DNA from: an uncultured Clostridia bacterium
GTDB lineage: Bacteria; Bacillota; Clostridia; TANB77; CAG-508
Direction of reading: 5' to 3'
Assembly: GCA_944386645.1 (NCBI GenBank)
Contig: CALXBW010000005.1
Span: forward strand, 8,639 to 72,638
DNA length: 64,000 bases
The translations under genes and the position numbers were made by a program. Positions 19,464 through 29,813 of the stretch are shown piece after piece. The notes beneath the pieces are model-generated. The model made no database searches. It was given only the letters and a program-made list of their open reading frames with translations, and was not told where the DNA came from. How positions within the stretch are numbered: position 1 is the first letter of the stretch; each line of letters begins with the position of its first letter.

Positions 19464-19967
19464 ATGAATAAAAGTAAAGAAAATATTATTAGAGTATGTA
19501 ATTTTTATATTAGTGAATGGCATTTAACAATGATGTTATTGCCATATATAAAAGATAATATAAATAATAATATAATAACTACTTTTTTAGAAAAAAATAT
19601 AGAAGAAAATGTGAAAGTTTTATTATCTAAAATAAATATGAAAGAAGAAATAAAAGAAAAAATAGAAAAAATAAATTGGAAATCAAGTGAAGAAATTAAT
19701 GATATAGATTTAGCAAATATAACAAATAATGAGGAAAGTAAATTAATTATAATTAGTGGAAATATGGAATATGTAAATAAAGTAAATGAGAATTTAATTC
19801 AAAAAAATTTAAATAATGTAAAAATAATTAACTGTTATAAAGTCGATAAAACTAATAAAAATATAAAGGATGTGTTAATAAATTATGATAGAATTTTAAA
19901 TACTTCTGGAGAAAAAGAGATTAGTGAAGTATTTGGAGAGTATAAAAAATCTAGAAAAATATTATAA
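19464..19967 (+). CDS. hypothetical protein
   Basis: 167-aa ORF with a GGGGG-type RBS. N/K/I-rich, no motif recognised. Confidence 0.45.
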   Translation: MNKSKENIIRVCNFYISEWHLTMMLLPYIKDNINNNIITTFLEKNIEENVKVLLSKINMKEEIKEKIEKINWKSSEEINDIDLANITNNEESKLIIISGNMEYVNKVNENLIQKNLNNVKIINCYKVDKTNKNIKDVLINYDRILNTSGEKEISEVFGEYKKSRKIL

Positions 19968-20192
19968 AAATATTTTGATTAAAAAGAAGGTAATATAAAA
20001 AATTTAGTTGAAAATATACCATTTTTAGGTGTAACTATTGCTAAAAATACATATTATCTTCTTTTTTCTATAATTAAAGTTAATATTGAATATTTTCTAC
20101 TAATCATTTTAAAATTAATAAATGGATTGACTAAAATAATATAATAATATAATATATAAATAATTTATAAATAAAGGAGGAGTAGTTTTTAT

Positions 20193-21443
20193 ATGGATTC
20201 AAAGTATTGTGAGGCAAAAAAGATTGTTGAAAAATATGGACAACAACATTTATTAAATTTTTATGATAATCTAACAGAAGATAAAAAAGTAAAGTTATTA
20301 GAACAAATATTGTCAATTGATTTTGAACAAGTAAAAAAATTGTATGAGAATATTAAAAATTATACAGAAAAAAAGGATAATTTAATTGAACCTATAGAAT
20401 ATCTAGATAAATCAAAAATTAATATAAAAGAGAAAAATCATCTAGATGGTATTGGAGAAGAAGTAATAAAAGAGGGGAAACTAGCAGCTGTTACAATGGC
20501 TGGAGGGCAAGGAACTAGACTAGGATTTAATGGACCAAAAGGAACATATGATATAGGTTTATCTTCAAAAAAATCTTTATTTGAATTATTATGTGATACA
20601 TTAAAAGAAGCAAACCAAAAATATAATGTTACAATACCATGGTATATAATGACAAGTGAAGAAAATAATGAAGATACAGAAAACTTTTTTAAAAGTAAGA
20701 ACTATTTTGGATATCCAAAAGAAAATATAATATTTTTTAAACAAGGAAAATTTCCAATGATTGATACCAATGGAAAGATTTTATTAAATGAAGAAGGTTT
20801 GATAAAAGAGGCTGCTGATGGACATGGTGGAGTTTATATTGCCATGTTAAAGAATAAAGTAATAGAAGACATGAAAAAAAGAGGTATTGATTGGATTTTT
20901 ATAGGTGGAATAGATAATGTTCTAGTAAAAATGGTAGATCCAACTTTAATTGGTTTGGCAATAGATAAAAATGTTTTGGCAGCTGGTAAATCTGTTGTTA
21001 AGGCATATCCAGAAGAAAAGGTTGGCGTATTTTGCAATAAAAATGGTAGGCCAAGTGTTATAGAATATACTGAACTACCAAAAGATATGTCTGTTCAAAA
21101 GGATAATAATGGAGAATTAAAATATGGAGAATCACATATACTTTGTAATTTATTTAATTTAAAATCAATAGAAGAAATAAGTAAAAACATTTTACCTTAT
21201 CACCCAGCTTTTAAAAAAGCAAATTATTTGAATAATGATGGAAAAATAGTCGAGGCAAAAGAACCTAATGCATATAAATTTGAGGCGTTTTTATTTGATG
21301 CGTTTGAGGAATTAGATGATATGGCTATATTAAGAGTTAAAAGAGAAGAAGAATTTGCACCTGTAAAAAATAGTGATGCTAAAGGAGTAGATTGTCCAAA
21401 AACAGCAAGAGAGTTATATGAAAATTATCAAAAAAATAAATGA
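20193..21443 (+). CDS. UDP-sugar (UDP-N-acetylhexosamine) pyrophosphorylase, UDPGP type-1 (eukaryote-like UAP) family
   Basis: 416 aa with the nucleotide-binding loop MAGGQGTRLGFNGPKGT, plus ..DGHGG.. and ..GGIDNVL... Confidence 0.75.
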   Translation: MDSKYCEAKKIVEKYGQQHLLNFYDNLTEDKKVKLLEQILSIDFEQVKKLYENIKNYTEKKDNLIEPIEYLDKSKINIKEKNHLDGIGEEVIKEGKLAAVTMAGGQGTRLGFNGPKGTYDIGLSSKKSLFELLCDTLKEANQKYNVTIPWYIMTSEENNEDTENFFKSKNYFGYPKENIIFFKQGKFPMIDTNGKILLNEEGLIKEAADGHGGVYIAMLKNKVIEDMKKRGIDWIFIGGIDNVLVKMVDPTLIGLAIDKNVLAAGKSVVKAYPEEKVGVFCNKNGRPSVIEYTELPKDMSVQKDNNGELKYGESHILCNLFNLKSIEEISKNILPYHPAFKKANYLNNDGKIVEAKEPNAYKFEAFLFDAFEELDDMAILRVKREEEFAPVKNSDAKGVDCPKTARELYENYQKNK

Positions 21444-21455
21444 AGGAGGTATCTC

Positions 21456-22820
21456 ATGGAAATAAAACCTGAGATTTTTAGAAGTTATGATATAAGAGGA
21501 ATTGTAGGAAAAGATATAGATGAAGATGTAGCAAATATTTTGGGAAAAGCCTTTGGTTCTTATATCCAAGAATTTTTAAGAGAAAACGTAGTGATTGTAG
21601 GGCATGATAATAGGGAATCTTCAGATTTACTAAAAAATGCTTTAATAAGTGGAATAATATCAACAGGTGCAGATGTTATTGATGTTGGATTAGCAACTAC
21701 ACCAATGGTATATTATTCTAGAAAATTATTAGATATAGGTCCAGCAATACAAATAACAGCAAGTCATAATCCAGGGGAATATAATGGATTTAAAATGTGC
21801 TTACAAAAAGATGAAGAGAGTATATATGGAGAAAAAATACAAGAAATATATAGATATGCAAAAGAAGGAAAATTTAAAGAAGGAAAAGGTCAAATAAAAG
21901 AAGAACAAATATTAGATAAGTATGTTGATCAGATTGTAGAAAAGGTACATTTAGGAAATAGAAAATTAAAAGTAGTTGTTGATTCAGGAAATGGTACTGC
22001 AAGCATAATAGCAGAAAAATTATTACAAAAATTAGGAACAGAAGTAGTACCACTATATTGTGACTTAGATCCGACTTTTCCAAATCATCATCCAGATCCA
22101 AGTGTTCCAAAAAATTTAGAAGATTTAGCTAAAAAAGTTATAGAAGAAAATGCAGATATAGGAATTGGATATGATGGTGATGGTGATAGAATAGGTATTG
22201 TAGATGAAAAAGGTAATATGATATTTGGAGATTTCTATATGCTTATAATATGGAGAGATATTATAAATAGATATCCAAATTCTAAAGCATTGGTTGAAGT
22301 AAAATGCTCACAAAGTTTATGGGACGAACTTGAAAAAATAGGCGCAAGGCCAGAGTTTATAAGAACAGGAAATCCATATATAAAAGCTGCAATGAAAGAG
22401 AAAAATGTTCCATTTTCTGGAGAAATGTCAGGACATATATTTTTTAGAGATGAATATTATGGATTTGATGATGCAGCATATGCAGCAGCGAGAATATTAA
22501 GAATACTATCTAATACAGATAAAAAAGCATCACAATTATTAGATGGAATAAATAGATATATTGCTACTCCAGAGATAACAAAAGAAGTAGATGATAATAA
22601 AAAATTTGGAATAATAGAAAAAGCAGTGAATTATTTTAAAAGTAAAGACTTTAAAGTGATTGATGTAGATGGAGCAAGAGTAATTTTTGATGATGGATGG
22701 GGATTAATAAGGGCTTCTAATACATCACCAAAAATCACAATACGTTATGAAGCAAAAACTATTGAAGATTTAAATAATATACAAAAGAAATTTGAAAAAA
22801 TGTTAAAAGAAGTAATGTAA
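21456..22820 (+). CDS. alpha-D-phosphohexomutase (phosphomannomutase/phosphoglucomutase family)
   Basis: 454 aa with the active-site loop TASHNPGEYNGFK, the Mg loop GYDGDGDR and the sugar loop GEMSGH. Confidence 0.85.
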   Translation: MEIKPEIFRSYDIRGIVGKDIDEDVANILGKAFGSYIQEFLRENVVIVGHDNRESSDLLKNALISGIISTGADVIDVGLATTPMVYYSRKLLDIGPAIQITASHNPGEYNGFKMCLQKDEESIYGEKIQEIYRYAKEGKFKEGKGQIKEEQILDKYVDQIVEKVHLGNRKLKVVVDSGNGTASIIAEKLLQKLGTEVVPLYCDLDPTFPNHHPDPSVPKNLEDLAKKVIEENADIGIGYDGDGDRIGIVDEKGNMIFGDFYMLIIWRDIINRYPNSKALVEVKCSQSLWDELEKIGARPEFIRTGNPYIKAAMKEKNVPFSGEMSGHIFFRDEYYGFDDAAYAAARILRILSNTDKKASQLLDGINRYIATPEITKEVDDNKKFGIIEKAVNYFKSKDFKVIDVDGARVIFDDGWGLIRASNTSPKITIRYEAKTIEDLNNIQKKFEKMLKEVM

Positions 22821-23039
22821 ATTTTTTTATAAAATAATAAAAATATTAGTAGCAGTAGTAGTATATGTATGTATGGGTGAACAGCGTTCGCTCATACATA
22901 CAAAGAAATTACAGTACACTATAATATTATTAATAGTATATAAATTGATTTTGGTATAATAATATAATTATATAAAATACACTATTTGCTGAATTGTAAA
23001 TTTTTTATGATAAAAAATTAAAAAAATTGTGAATTTTTA

Positions 23040-23068
23040 TTGACAATCTACAAAAAATATAGTAATAT
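23040..23068 (+). promoter_or_regulatory. sigma-A promoter of the tRNA cluster
   Basis: TTGACA, a 17-nt spacer, then TAATAT, about 20 nt upstream of the first tRNA. Confidence 0.6.
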
Positions 23069-23086
23069 AATTAAGCACGAGGTTAT

Positions 23087-23162
23087 GGGCCATTAGCTCA
23101 GGTGGTAGAGCACTTGACTTTTAATCAAGTTGTCCCGCGTTCGAGTCGCGGATGGCTCACCA
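23087..23162 (+). tRNA. tRNA-Lys (anticodon TTT)
   Basis: Cloverleaf with acceptor GGGCCAT/ATGGCTC, anticodon loop CTTTTAA and encoded CCA. Confidence 0.9.
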
Positions 23163-23174
23163 TAACTTTTATAA

Positions 23175-23249
23175 GGCCCGTTGGTCAAGCGGTTAAGACA
23201 TCGCCCTTTCACGGCGGAGACATGGGTTCGATTCCCGTACGGGTCACCA
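23175..23249 (+). tRNA. tRNA-Glu (anticodon TTC)
   Basis: Cloverleaf with acceptor GGCCCGT/ACGGGTC, anticodon loop CTTTCAC and encoded CCA. Confidence 0.9.
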
Positions 23250-23260
23250 ACAATAAATAT

Positions 23261-23336
<76 letters not shown>

Positions 23337-23402
23337 TAAAGGTCAAGAGTTTTGAAGATATTCTTAATTCTTGGCTTTATTTTTTTAATGAAGAGGTGAA
23401 AA

Positions 23403-24131
23403 ATGAAAACTGTAATTGTGACTGGTGGATCAAAAGGAATAGGTAAATCAATTGTATGTGGACTGGCAAAAAAAGGATATAATATTGTATTAAATTATAA
23501 TAAATCAAAAGAAGAAGCAATATTAATACAGAAAAAGTTAAAAAACTGTGGATTTTACATAGACATTTTTCAAGCAGATGTGAGTAAAAAAAATCAAGTA
23601 GATGATATGATAAAATATGTAATAGATAAATATAATAAAATTGATGTATTAATTAATAATGCCGGTATATCACAAATTAAGCCATTTATGGATATAAAAG
23701 AAGATGAATGGGATAATATGATAGATATTAATTTAAAGTCAGTATATAATACATCAAAAGCTGTACTATCTAATATGTTAAAATATAAAGAAGGTCTTAT
23801 AATCAATATTTCATCTATTTGGGGAATAATTGGTGCATCTTGTGAGGTACATTATTCAACATCAAAAGCAGGTATTATAGGATTTACGAAAGCTTTAGCA
23901 AAAGAAATGGGACCATCTAATATTAGAGTTAATGGGATTGCACCTGGAATAATTGATACTGATATGAATAAAGAACTAAATGATGAAGAAATAAAACAAA
24001 TAGTTGACCATATTCCATTAGAGAAAATTGGAAATCCAGAATATATAGAGAAATGTATAGAATGGTTAATAGAAGATGAATATACAACAGGACAAATAAT
24101 ATCAATTGATGGTGGATGGGGAATAAATTAA
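23403..24131 (+). CDS. SDR-family oxidoreductase (3-oxoacyl-ACP reductase-like)
   Basis: 242 aa with the cofactor motif TGGSKGIGKS, NNAG and the catalytic YSTSK. Confidence 0.8.
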   Translation: MKTVIVTGGSKGIGKSIVCGLAKKGYNIVLNYNKSKEEAILIQKKLKNCGFYIDIFQADVSKKNQVDDMIKYVIDKYNKIDVLINNAGISQIKPFMDIKEDEWDNMIDINLKSVYNTSKAVLSNMLKYKEGLIINISSIWGIIGASCEVHYSTSKAGIIGFTKALAKEMGPSNIRVNGIAPGIIDTDMNKELNDEEIKQIVDHIPLEKIGNPEYIEKCIEWLIEDEYTTGQIISIDGGWGIN

Positions 24132-24158
24132 AAGACTTATATAACATATAAGTCTTTT
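24130..24158. terminator. bidirectional hairpin terminator
   Basis: AAAAGACTTATAT-AAC-ATATAAGTCTTTT between convergent genes. Confidence 0.7.
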
Positions 24159-24627
24159 ATGCGTTATTATTTAATTTTCTCTTATAATTACCAGAAATAA
24201 GTTTTGGTACATATACTATTATTTTATATAAAGCTAATTTTAATTTTTTACTCCATAAGTATGTCTTTCTTAATTTTCTAGGAGAAGATAATTTTATTTC
24301 ATTATTAGAAATATTAACTAATGAAGTTTCTAATTTTTCTATTGGAAAAATATAATTATTACCATTATTATTATCCCATTCATTTTTTTCATTTCTAAAA
24401 CAGAAGTTAAAAGAATCAAAATCACCTAATTCAATTTCAGATTGAAATCCCAATTCTGTTTTTGACATTTTTAATTCACTAACACCTTCCCAAAGTAATC
24501 CAAATCCATAGTGGATATAAACTTCTTCTGAATTATTTTGAAAAAGGTTACCTGTATAAGAAATTTTTATAACACTATTAGGTGTTAACCTATCTGTGTT
24601 AAAAAAAATATTTTTAACTAACTCCAT
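24157..24627 (-). CDS. hypothetical protein with a carbohydrate-binding-module-like domain
   Basis: The start is placed at ATG 24627 (GAGGAGAG RBS) rather than 24690. The pattern VYIHYGFG..W..NEWDNNNGNNY resembles starch/glycan-binding CBMs. Confidence 0.45.
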   Translation of the reverse strand: MELVKNIFFNTDRLTPNSVIKISYTGNLFQNNSEEVYIHYGFGLLWEGVSELKMSKTELGFQSEIELGDFDSFNFCFRNEKNEWDNNNGNNYIFPIEKLETSLVNISNNEIKLSSPRKLRKTYLWSKKLKLALYKIIVYVPKLISGNYKRKLNNNA

Positions 24628-24784
24628 ATTAATCTCTCCTCGTTTATCATTCGTTGAAAACATTATATTATTAAAAATAACAATATTCAATACTTTTCCT
24701 TAAAAAATTAATAAAAAAGAAAAATTTAATCAATTTGAAATATATTTGTAAAAATACAGTAATAATTGGAAAAGTTATATTGTA

Positions 24785-25351
24785 CTACAATATAACTTTT
24801 CCAATTATATAAAAATCGTCATTTTTAGAAATTTTCGTATCTATAAAATTATTATTTTCAGGTTTTAAGGTAATTTGTCCTTTTTTACAATTAAATTTGC
24901 GTATAACAAAACTGCCATTAATATAAAAAAATCCTATATCTTTATTTTCAGGTAATGTGTTAAATTCAATAAATGCATAAGTATTTTTTTCTAAAACAGG
25001 TGACATAGATTCATCATTTATTTTTATTGCTATTGAAGAACTAGGTGCATTAGGAGGGCATGGTACAAAATTATCAATATTATTAATAGCAATAACTTTA
25101 TTGTATGGTATATAATCTATAAGGCCATAATTTTCTTGTTCTTCACTTACTGTTTTTCCATATGTATACATAAGGGGTTGATAAGGAGTATCAAGAGCTT
25201 TACATATACTTTTCAAAGTGTTTTGACTAGGATTTCTTTCGCCTTTTTCAATATGAGTAAGATGTCCAATATTAATGCCAGCTCTTTTGGCTAATTCTGT
25301 TTTTGTTATTCCTTTTTCTTTTCTAATTTTTGCTATCATATCACCAATCAT
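24785..25351 (-). CDS. XRE-family repressor with a C-terminal S24 (LexA/CI-like) peptidase domain
   Basis: 188 aa. HTH ITKTELAKRAGINIGHLTHIEKGERNPS, and an S24-like INDESMSPVLEKNTYAFIE. Confidence 0.75.
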   Translation of the reverse strand: MIGDMIAKIRKEKGITKTELAKRAGINIGHLTHIEKGERNPSQNTLKSICKALDTPYQPLMYTYGKTVSEEQENYGLIDYIPYNKVIAINNIDNFVPCPPNAPSSSIAIKINDESMSPVLEKNTYAFIEFNTLPENKDIGFFYINGSFVIRKFNCKKGQITLKPENNNFIDTKISKNDDFYIIGKVIL

Positions 25352-25528
25352 AAATAAAATCTCCTTAAATTATATTTTGTAATAATATTAAAATTTGATA
25401 TTATTATATAAAAAAAAATTACTATTGTCTAGCAGTAAATAAAAAAATGTCAAAATATGAAAAACTATTGACTTGTCAAAAAGGTTTATGATATCATATT
25501 GCCAACAGGACAAAAAGGAGGTTTTTGG

Positions 25529-25723
25529 ATGTATAATAATAGGATGAGAGAGATTAGAATAGAACAAGGAATTACATTGGAGAAATTATCAGAATTAACA
25601 GGTATTTCTGTAGGATATTTAAGTCATCTAGAAAGAGGAACAAGGAAAAATCCATCAATAAATATAATGCATAAAATAGCTTGTGCATTAGAAAAAAGTA
25701 TGTTGGAAGTGTTTTTTAGCTAA
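25529..25723 (+). CDS. small XRE-family HTH protein (Cro-like position)
   Basis: The start is placed at ATG 25529 (AAAGGAGG RBS 7 nt upstream). HTH ITLEKLSELTGISVGYLSHLERGTRKNPS. Divergent from 24785..25351. Confidence 0.7.
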   Translation: MYNNRMREIRIEQGITLEKLSELTGISVGYLSHLERGTRKNPSINIMHKIACALEKSMLEVFFS

Positions 25724-25845
25724 ATAAGTAAAATAATATCTAAATATAAATATTGTAAAAAATAATAAATTGTGTTAATATCACAAGTAGAAATGAATAA
25801 TTTTGCAAATATAATATATAAATGTAATAAGTGAGGAGATTATTA

Positions 25846-27543
25846 ATGGCAAAAGAAATTAAAGAAAATAAGCAAAATGTTCAAGACAAAATTGATATAA
25901 AAAAAGAAAAAGAAGTAAAAGATATTAATGAAGTGTTTGAGAATATAGAAAATAAAGAAACTTTTGAAGAGAGAAAATATAATAATTATTCTAAAAATGC
26001 TAAAACAAAAAATAGTAATTTAGTAGTTATTTTATTAATAGTAATCTCATCTTTAACTATATTAGTAGCAATATTTTCAACAAGTTTTGCATTATTTAAT
26101 ATTTCTAATACAGATATAATAGATGGAATAAGTATCAAGGGGATTGATGTGGGAGGTTTATCTAAAGAAGAAGCAAAGCAAAAGATAGAAGCTGATATAA
26201 ATAGTCAATTAGAAAAAGATATAAACTTAAAATATGAGGAATATGAAACATCAATAAATCCAGTACAAATTGAGTTTAGTTATGATATTGATAGTGCAAT
26301 AAATGTAGCATATGATATAGGAAGAGATGGTAACATTTTTGAAAATAATTATGCCATAATAAAAACATTAATAAATAAACCAAATATAGATTTAGAATTT
26401 AGTTATAATGTAGATAATTTAAATAGTTTAATATCTGATATGGATATTAATTTGCCAAATGCCATAAAACAATATAGTTATTATGTAGAAGATGGTAAAC
26501 TTATTATTACAAGAGGTAAGGAAGGAAATGTAATAAAAAAAGAAGAATTAGCAGTTGAAATAATAGATAAAATTCAAAAAGTAAATCAAGAAGAAAAAAA
26601 CATTGATATACCAGTTGAAGTAAAGACCCCAGAAGATATAAATATAGAAAAAATACATAATGAAGTATATACAGAGCCAAAAGATGCATATTATACAACA
26701 GATCCTTTTACGATATATCCACATGTAGAAGGTGTAGATTTTAATATGGATGAGGCTAAAGCAATGTTACAAGAGGTAAAAGATGAATATGCAATAAATT
26801 TACAATATACAGATCCAGAGATAACAACAAATAAAATAGGGACAGAAGCATTTCCAAATTTATTATCATCTTTTAGTACTAAATATGATGCAAGTAATAA
26901 AAATAGAAGTAATAATTTAAAACTTGCAATGGATAAAATAAATGGAGTTGTTTTAATGCCAGGAGAAGAGTTTTCATATAATAAAGTTGTGGGGGAAAGA
27001 ACTATAGCAGCTGGTTATAAAGAAGCAAAAATATATTCAAATGGAAAAGTTGTTGATGGACTTGGTGGAGGAATATGCCAAATATCTACGACACTATATG
27101 ATGCTGTATTATATGCAAATTTGGAAATTACATCTAGAAGAAATCACCAGTTTGTCACATCTTATGTAGATGCTGGTTTAGATGCAACTGTTGTTTATGG
27201 AAGTACAGATTTTAAATTTAAAAATAATAGAACATATCCAATAAAAATAGTTGGAAAAGTAGATGGAGGAGTTGCTAAAATAGATATTTATGGTGTAAAA
27301 GAAGAAACAGAATATGAAGTTAGACTAGAGCCAGTTGTTATAAATTACATACCATATACAACTAAAACAATTAAAGATTCTTCTCTTCCTAAAGGTAAAA
27401 CAGTAGTTGAACAAAGTGGTGCAAATGGGGTAAAAACAGTTACATATAAATATTTATTATTAAATGGAAAAGTAGTTTCAAAAACAGTTTTGTCAAATGA
27501 TACATATAATCCAATGCAAAGAATAGTAAGGGTTGGAACTTAA
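25846..27543 (+). CDS. VanW-family protein with a C-terminal G5 domain
   Basis: TM anchor, VanW core (..GGGICQISTTLYDAV..) and a G5-like tail (..VVEQSGANGVKTVTY..RIVRVGT). The ATG at 25846 follows a GAGGAG RBS. Confidence 0.8.
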   Translation: MAKEIKENKQNVQDKIDIKKEKEVKDINEVFENIENKETFEERKYNNYSKNAKTKNSNLVVILLIVISSLTILVAIFSTSFALFNISNTDIIDGISIKGIDVGGLSKEEAKQKIEADINSQLEKDINLKYEEYETSINPVQIEFSYDIDSAINVAYDIGRDGNIFENNYAIIKTLINKPNIDLEFSYNVDNLNSLISDMDINLPNAIKQYSYYVEDGKLIITRGKEGNVIKKEELAVEIIDKIQKVNQEEKNIDIPVEVKTPEDINIEKIHNEVYTEPKDAYYTTDPFTIYPHVEGVDFNMDEAKAMLQEVKDEYAINLQYTDPEITTNKIGTEAFPNLLSSFSTKYDASNKNRSNNLKLAMDKINGVVLMPGEEFSYNKVVGERTIAAGYKEAKIYSNGKVVDGLGGGICQISTTLYDAVLYANLEITSRRNHQFVTSYVDAGLDATVVYGSTDFKFKNNRTYPIKIVGKVDGGVAKIDIYGVKEETEYEVRLEPVVINYIPYTTKTIKDSSLPKGKTVVEQSGANGVKTVTYKYLLLNGKVVSKTVLSNDTYNPMQRIVRVGT

Positions 27544-27589
27544 AAATTCATTTAAAGTAAAGAAAATAAATAAATTTTCAAATAAACTA

Positions 27590-27618
27590 TTGCCAATTAA
27601 GTAAATTTATGGTATTAT
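27590..27618 (+). promoter_or_regulatory. sigma-A promoter of abrB
   Basis: TTGCCA, a 17-nt spacer ending in TGG, then TATTAT. Confidence 0.55.
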
Positions 27619-27665
27619 TATTAAGAAATCTTTGTCGATTTTTGTAAAATTAGGAGGAGGATAAA

Positions 27666-27920
27666 ATGAAAGCAACAGGTATTGTAAGAAAAGTAGACGA
27701 ATTAGGTAGAGTTGTTATACCTATAGAGTTAAGAAACAAATTAGGTATAAAAGAGAAGGATCCAATTGAAATATATGTTGATGGTTCTTCTGTAATACTA
27801 AAGAAATATCAACCTAATTGCGTGTTCTGTGGAGGAACAAAAAATTTAGTAGAATACAAAGAAAAATTAGTATGTGGCAAATGTCGTGAAAAATTAAACG
27901 AAATAAAAAATATAGACTAA
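27666..27920 (+). CDS. abrB: AbrB/SpoVT-family transition-state regulator
   Basis: 84 aa. N-terminus MKATGIVRKVDELGRVVIPIELRNKLGI..ILKKY, with a CxxC..CxxC C-terminal region. Conserved synteny with rsmI and trmN6. Confidence 0.85.
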   Translation: MKATGIVRKVDELGRVVIPIELRNKLGIKEKDPIEIYVDGSSVILKKYQPNCVFCGGTKNLVEYKEKLVCGKCREKLNEIKNID

Positions 27921-27924
27921 AAAT

Positions 27925-27964
27925 AAAACATTTCAGTATTTTATGTACTGAAGTGTTTTATTTT
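27925..27964 (+). terminator. rho-independent terminator after abrB
   Basis: AAAACATTTCAGTA-n7-TACTGAAGTGTTTT plus a T-run. Confidence 0.75.
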
Positions 27965-28134
27965 AATATAATAGGAAAGTATAACTTTCCTATTATATTA
28001 AAGCGATAATTTATAATACTTTGAAAATTTTGTGTTTGGTTGAAAACTCAAATCAAGATAGAACAATTAAAAATTTTATTATTTATCATATGGAAAAATA
28101 TCGTAATATGTAATCTCTATATGGTATTTTTGCT

Positions 28135-28965
28135 TTATTTATTATTAAAAAAATATTTATAAATTTCATTTTTAGGAACATTTCTGTCCTTGGCTATTTG
28201 CTTAATAATTTCCTTTTTAGATAACCCTTTATTACTATAAAATTCGTAATGTGAATCTAAACTTAATGTATTAAGATAATTATTAAATATATCTTTTTTA
28301 TTACATCCTTCAATGATAATAACAAATTCGCCTCTTGGATTAATAATATTTTCTAAAATAGTCGAAATATTACCACGTATAAATTCCTCATGAATTTTGG
28401 TTAGTTCTCTACACAAAACAATGTTTCTATCACCTAATATTTCTTTTATGGTATTTAATGTGTTTATTAATTTATGTGGTGCTTCATAAAAAATAAGTGT
28501 AGAAGTATAATCTTTTATTTCATTTAATTTATTAATTTTTTCTTTAGTATTAACTGGCAAAAAACCAAAAAAAGAAAAACTAGATGCTGATATTCCAGAA
28601 GCAATAAGTGATGATATACAAGCACAAGCGCCCGGTATGGGTATAATTTTTATATTGTGTTCTATAGCTAATTTAACAATTTCTTCACCAGGATCAGATA
28701 TTACTGGTGTACCAGCATCAGAGACAAGAGCAATATTTTTACCGTCTATTAATTTGTTTAAAATTATTTCACCTTTATGTTTTTCAGTTTGCTTGTAATA
28801 ACTAATTAATGGTTTAGATATTTCAAAATGATTTAGTAATTTTAATGTATGCCTTGTATCTTCTGCAGCAATAATATCAACTTCTTTTAAAATTTTTAGT
28901 GCTCTTAAAGTAATATCATCTAAATTACCAATAGGAGTTGCAACTAAATATAAATTTCCTGACAT
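28135..28965 (-). CDS. rsmI: 16S rRNA (cytidine1402-2'-O)-methyltransferase
   Basis: The start is placed at MSGNLYLVATPIGNLDDITLRAL (28965). The tetrapyrrole-methylase-fold pattern ..SDAGTP.ISDPG.. is present. Confidence 0.85.
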   Translation of the reverse strand: MSGNLYLVATPIGNLDDITLRALKILKEVDIIAAEDTRHTLKLLNHFEISKPLISYYKQTEKHKGEIILNKLIDGKNIALVSDAGTPVISDPGEEIVKLAIEHNIKIIPIPGACACISSLIASGISASSFSFFGFLPVNTKEKINKLNEIKDYTSTLIFYEAPHKLINTLNTIKEILGDRNIVLCRELTKIHEEFIRGNISTILENIINPRGEFVIIIEGCNKKDIFNNYLNTLSLDSHYEFYSNKGLSKKEIIKQIAKDRNVPKNEIYKYFFNNK

Positions 28966-29057
28966 AAAACTAATCCTCCAATTAAGATTATTATTGCATA
29001 TGTAGGGTATAGAAATCTTTAATTTCGATATATCCACATTTGTTCTAAAGTAATAAA

Positions 29058-29813
29058 TTATTTATTATATATTTTTAAAACTTCATTTGTATATGAACCA
29101 TCAAGATTATACAAAATAAGATTATTTTCAAATTTTAAAAAAGGTTTTGCATTTTTAACCCCTTTTATAAGTAAAAGATTGGGAGGTTTATTAATATTAG
29201 GTTGAACAAATTTTATTAGTTTAGGTTCTAAATTATATTTTCTCATAGTACATATTATATCACATATTCTATTAGGTCTATGTACCATATAAAAACTACC
29301 ATTATTTTTTAATAATTGGCTAGATATTCTTAAAATATCATCTAAATTACATTTAATTTCATGTCTAGATATTAATTTATTTAATGATTCACTTTGAATT
29401 CCTGTATTTAGTTCTTTATATGGTGGATTTGTTACTATACTATCAAATGAATTATTTTTCAATAAATTTCCTAAACTATTTAAATCAGTATTATATACTT
29501 TTATAATATCTTGTAAATTATTAAGTTTTATACTTCTTTCAGACATTTCAGCAACGTCTTTTTGTATTTCAATGGCAGTAATAGATTTTGGAAAAACTTT
29601 TTTACTAAGTAAAATTGAAATTATACCTGTACCAGAGCACAAGTCTATAATATCACTATTATGTTTTATATTTTTTGCAAAATCAGATAATATTACTGCA
29701 TCAATTCCAAAACAAAACCAAGATTTATTTTGAATAATTTTTAAATTGTGAAATTCTAAATCATCGATTCGTTCATTATCTTTTAAAATATTAACACCTC
29801 CATATAGTCTCAA
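29058..29813 (-). CDS. tRNA1(Val) (adenine37-N6)-methyltransferase-like SAM methyltransferase (YabB/TrmN6)
   Basis: 251 aa with the SAM motif DLCSGTGI and the N6-MTase motif TNPPY. Conserved position next to rsmI. Confidence 0.75.
   Translation of the reverse strand: MRLYGGVNILKDNERIDDLEFHNLKIIQNKSWFCFGIDAVILSDFAKNIKHNSDIIDLCSGTGIISILLSKKVFPKSITAIEIQKDVAEMSERSIKLNNLQDIIKVYNTDLNSLGNLLKNNSFDSIVTNPPYKELNTGIQSESLNKLISRHEIKCNLDDILRISSQLLKNNGSFYMVHRPNRICDIICTMRKYNLEPKLIKFVQPNINKPPNLLLIKGVKNAKPFLKFENNLILYNLDGSYTNEVLKIYNK

Noticed and set aside
27666-27920. AbrB with an unusual C-terminal CxxC..CxxC zinc-ribbon-like extension as a novelty.
   Set aside because: To my recollection clostridial AbrB homologs commonly carry this Cys pattern after the swapped-hairpin domain, so it is probably family-typical. 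Not verified here.
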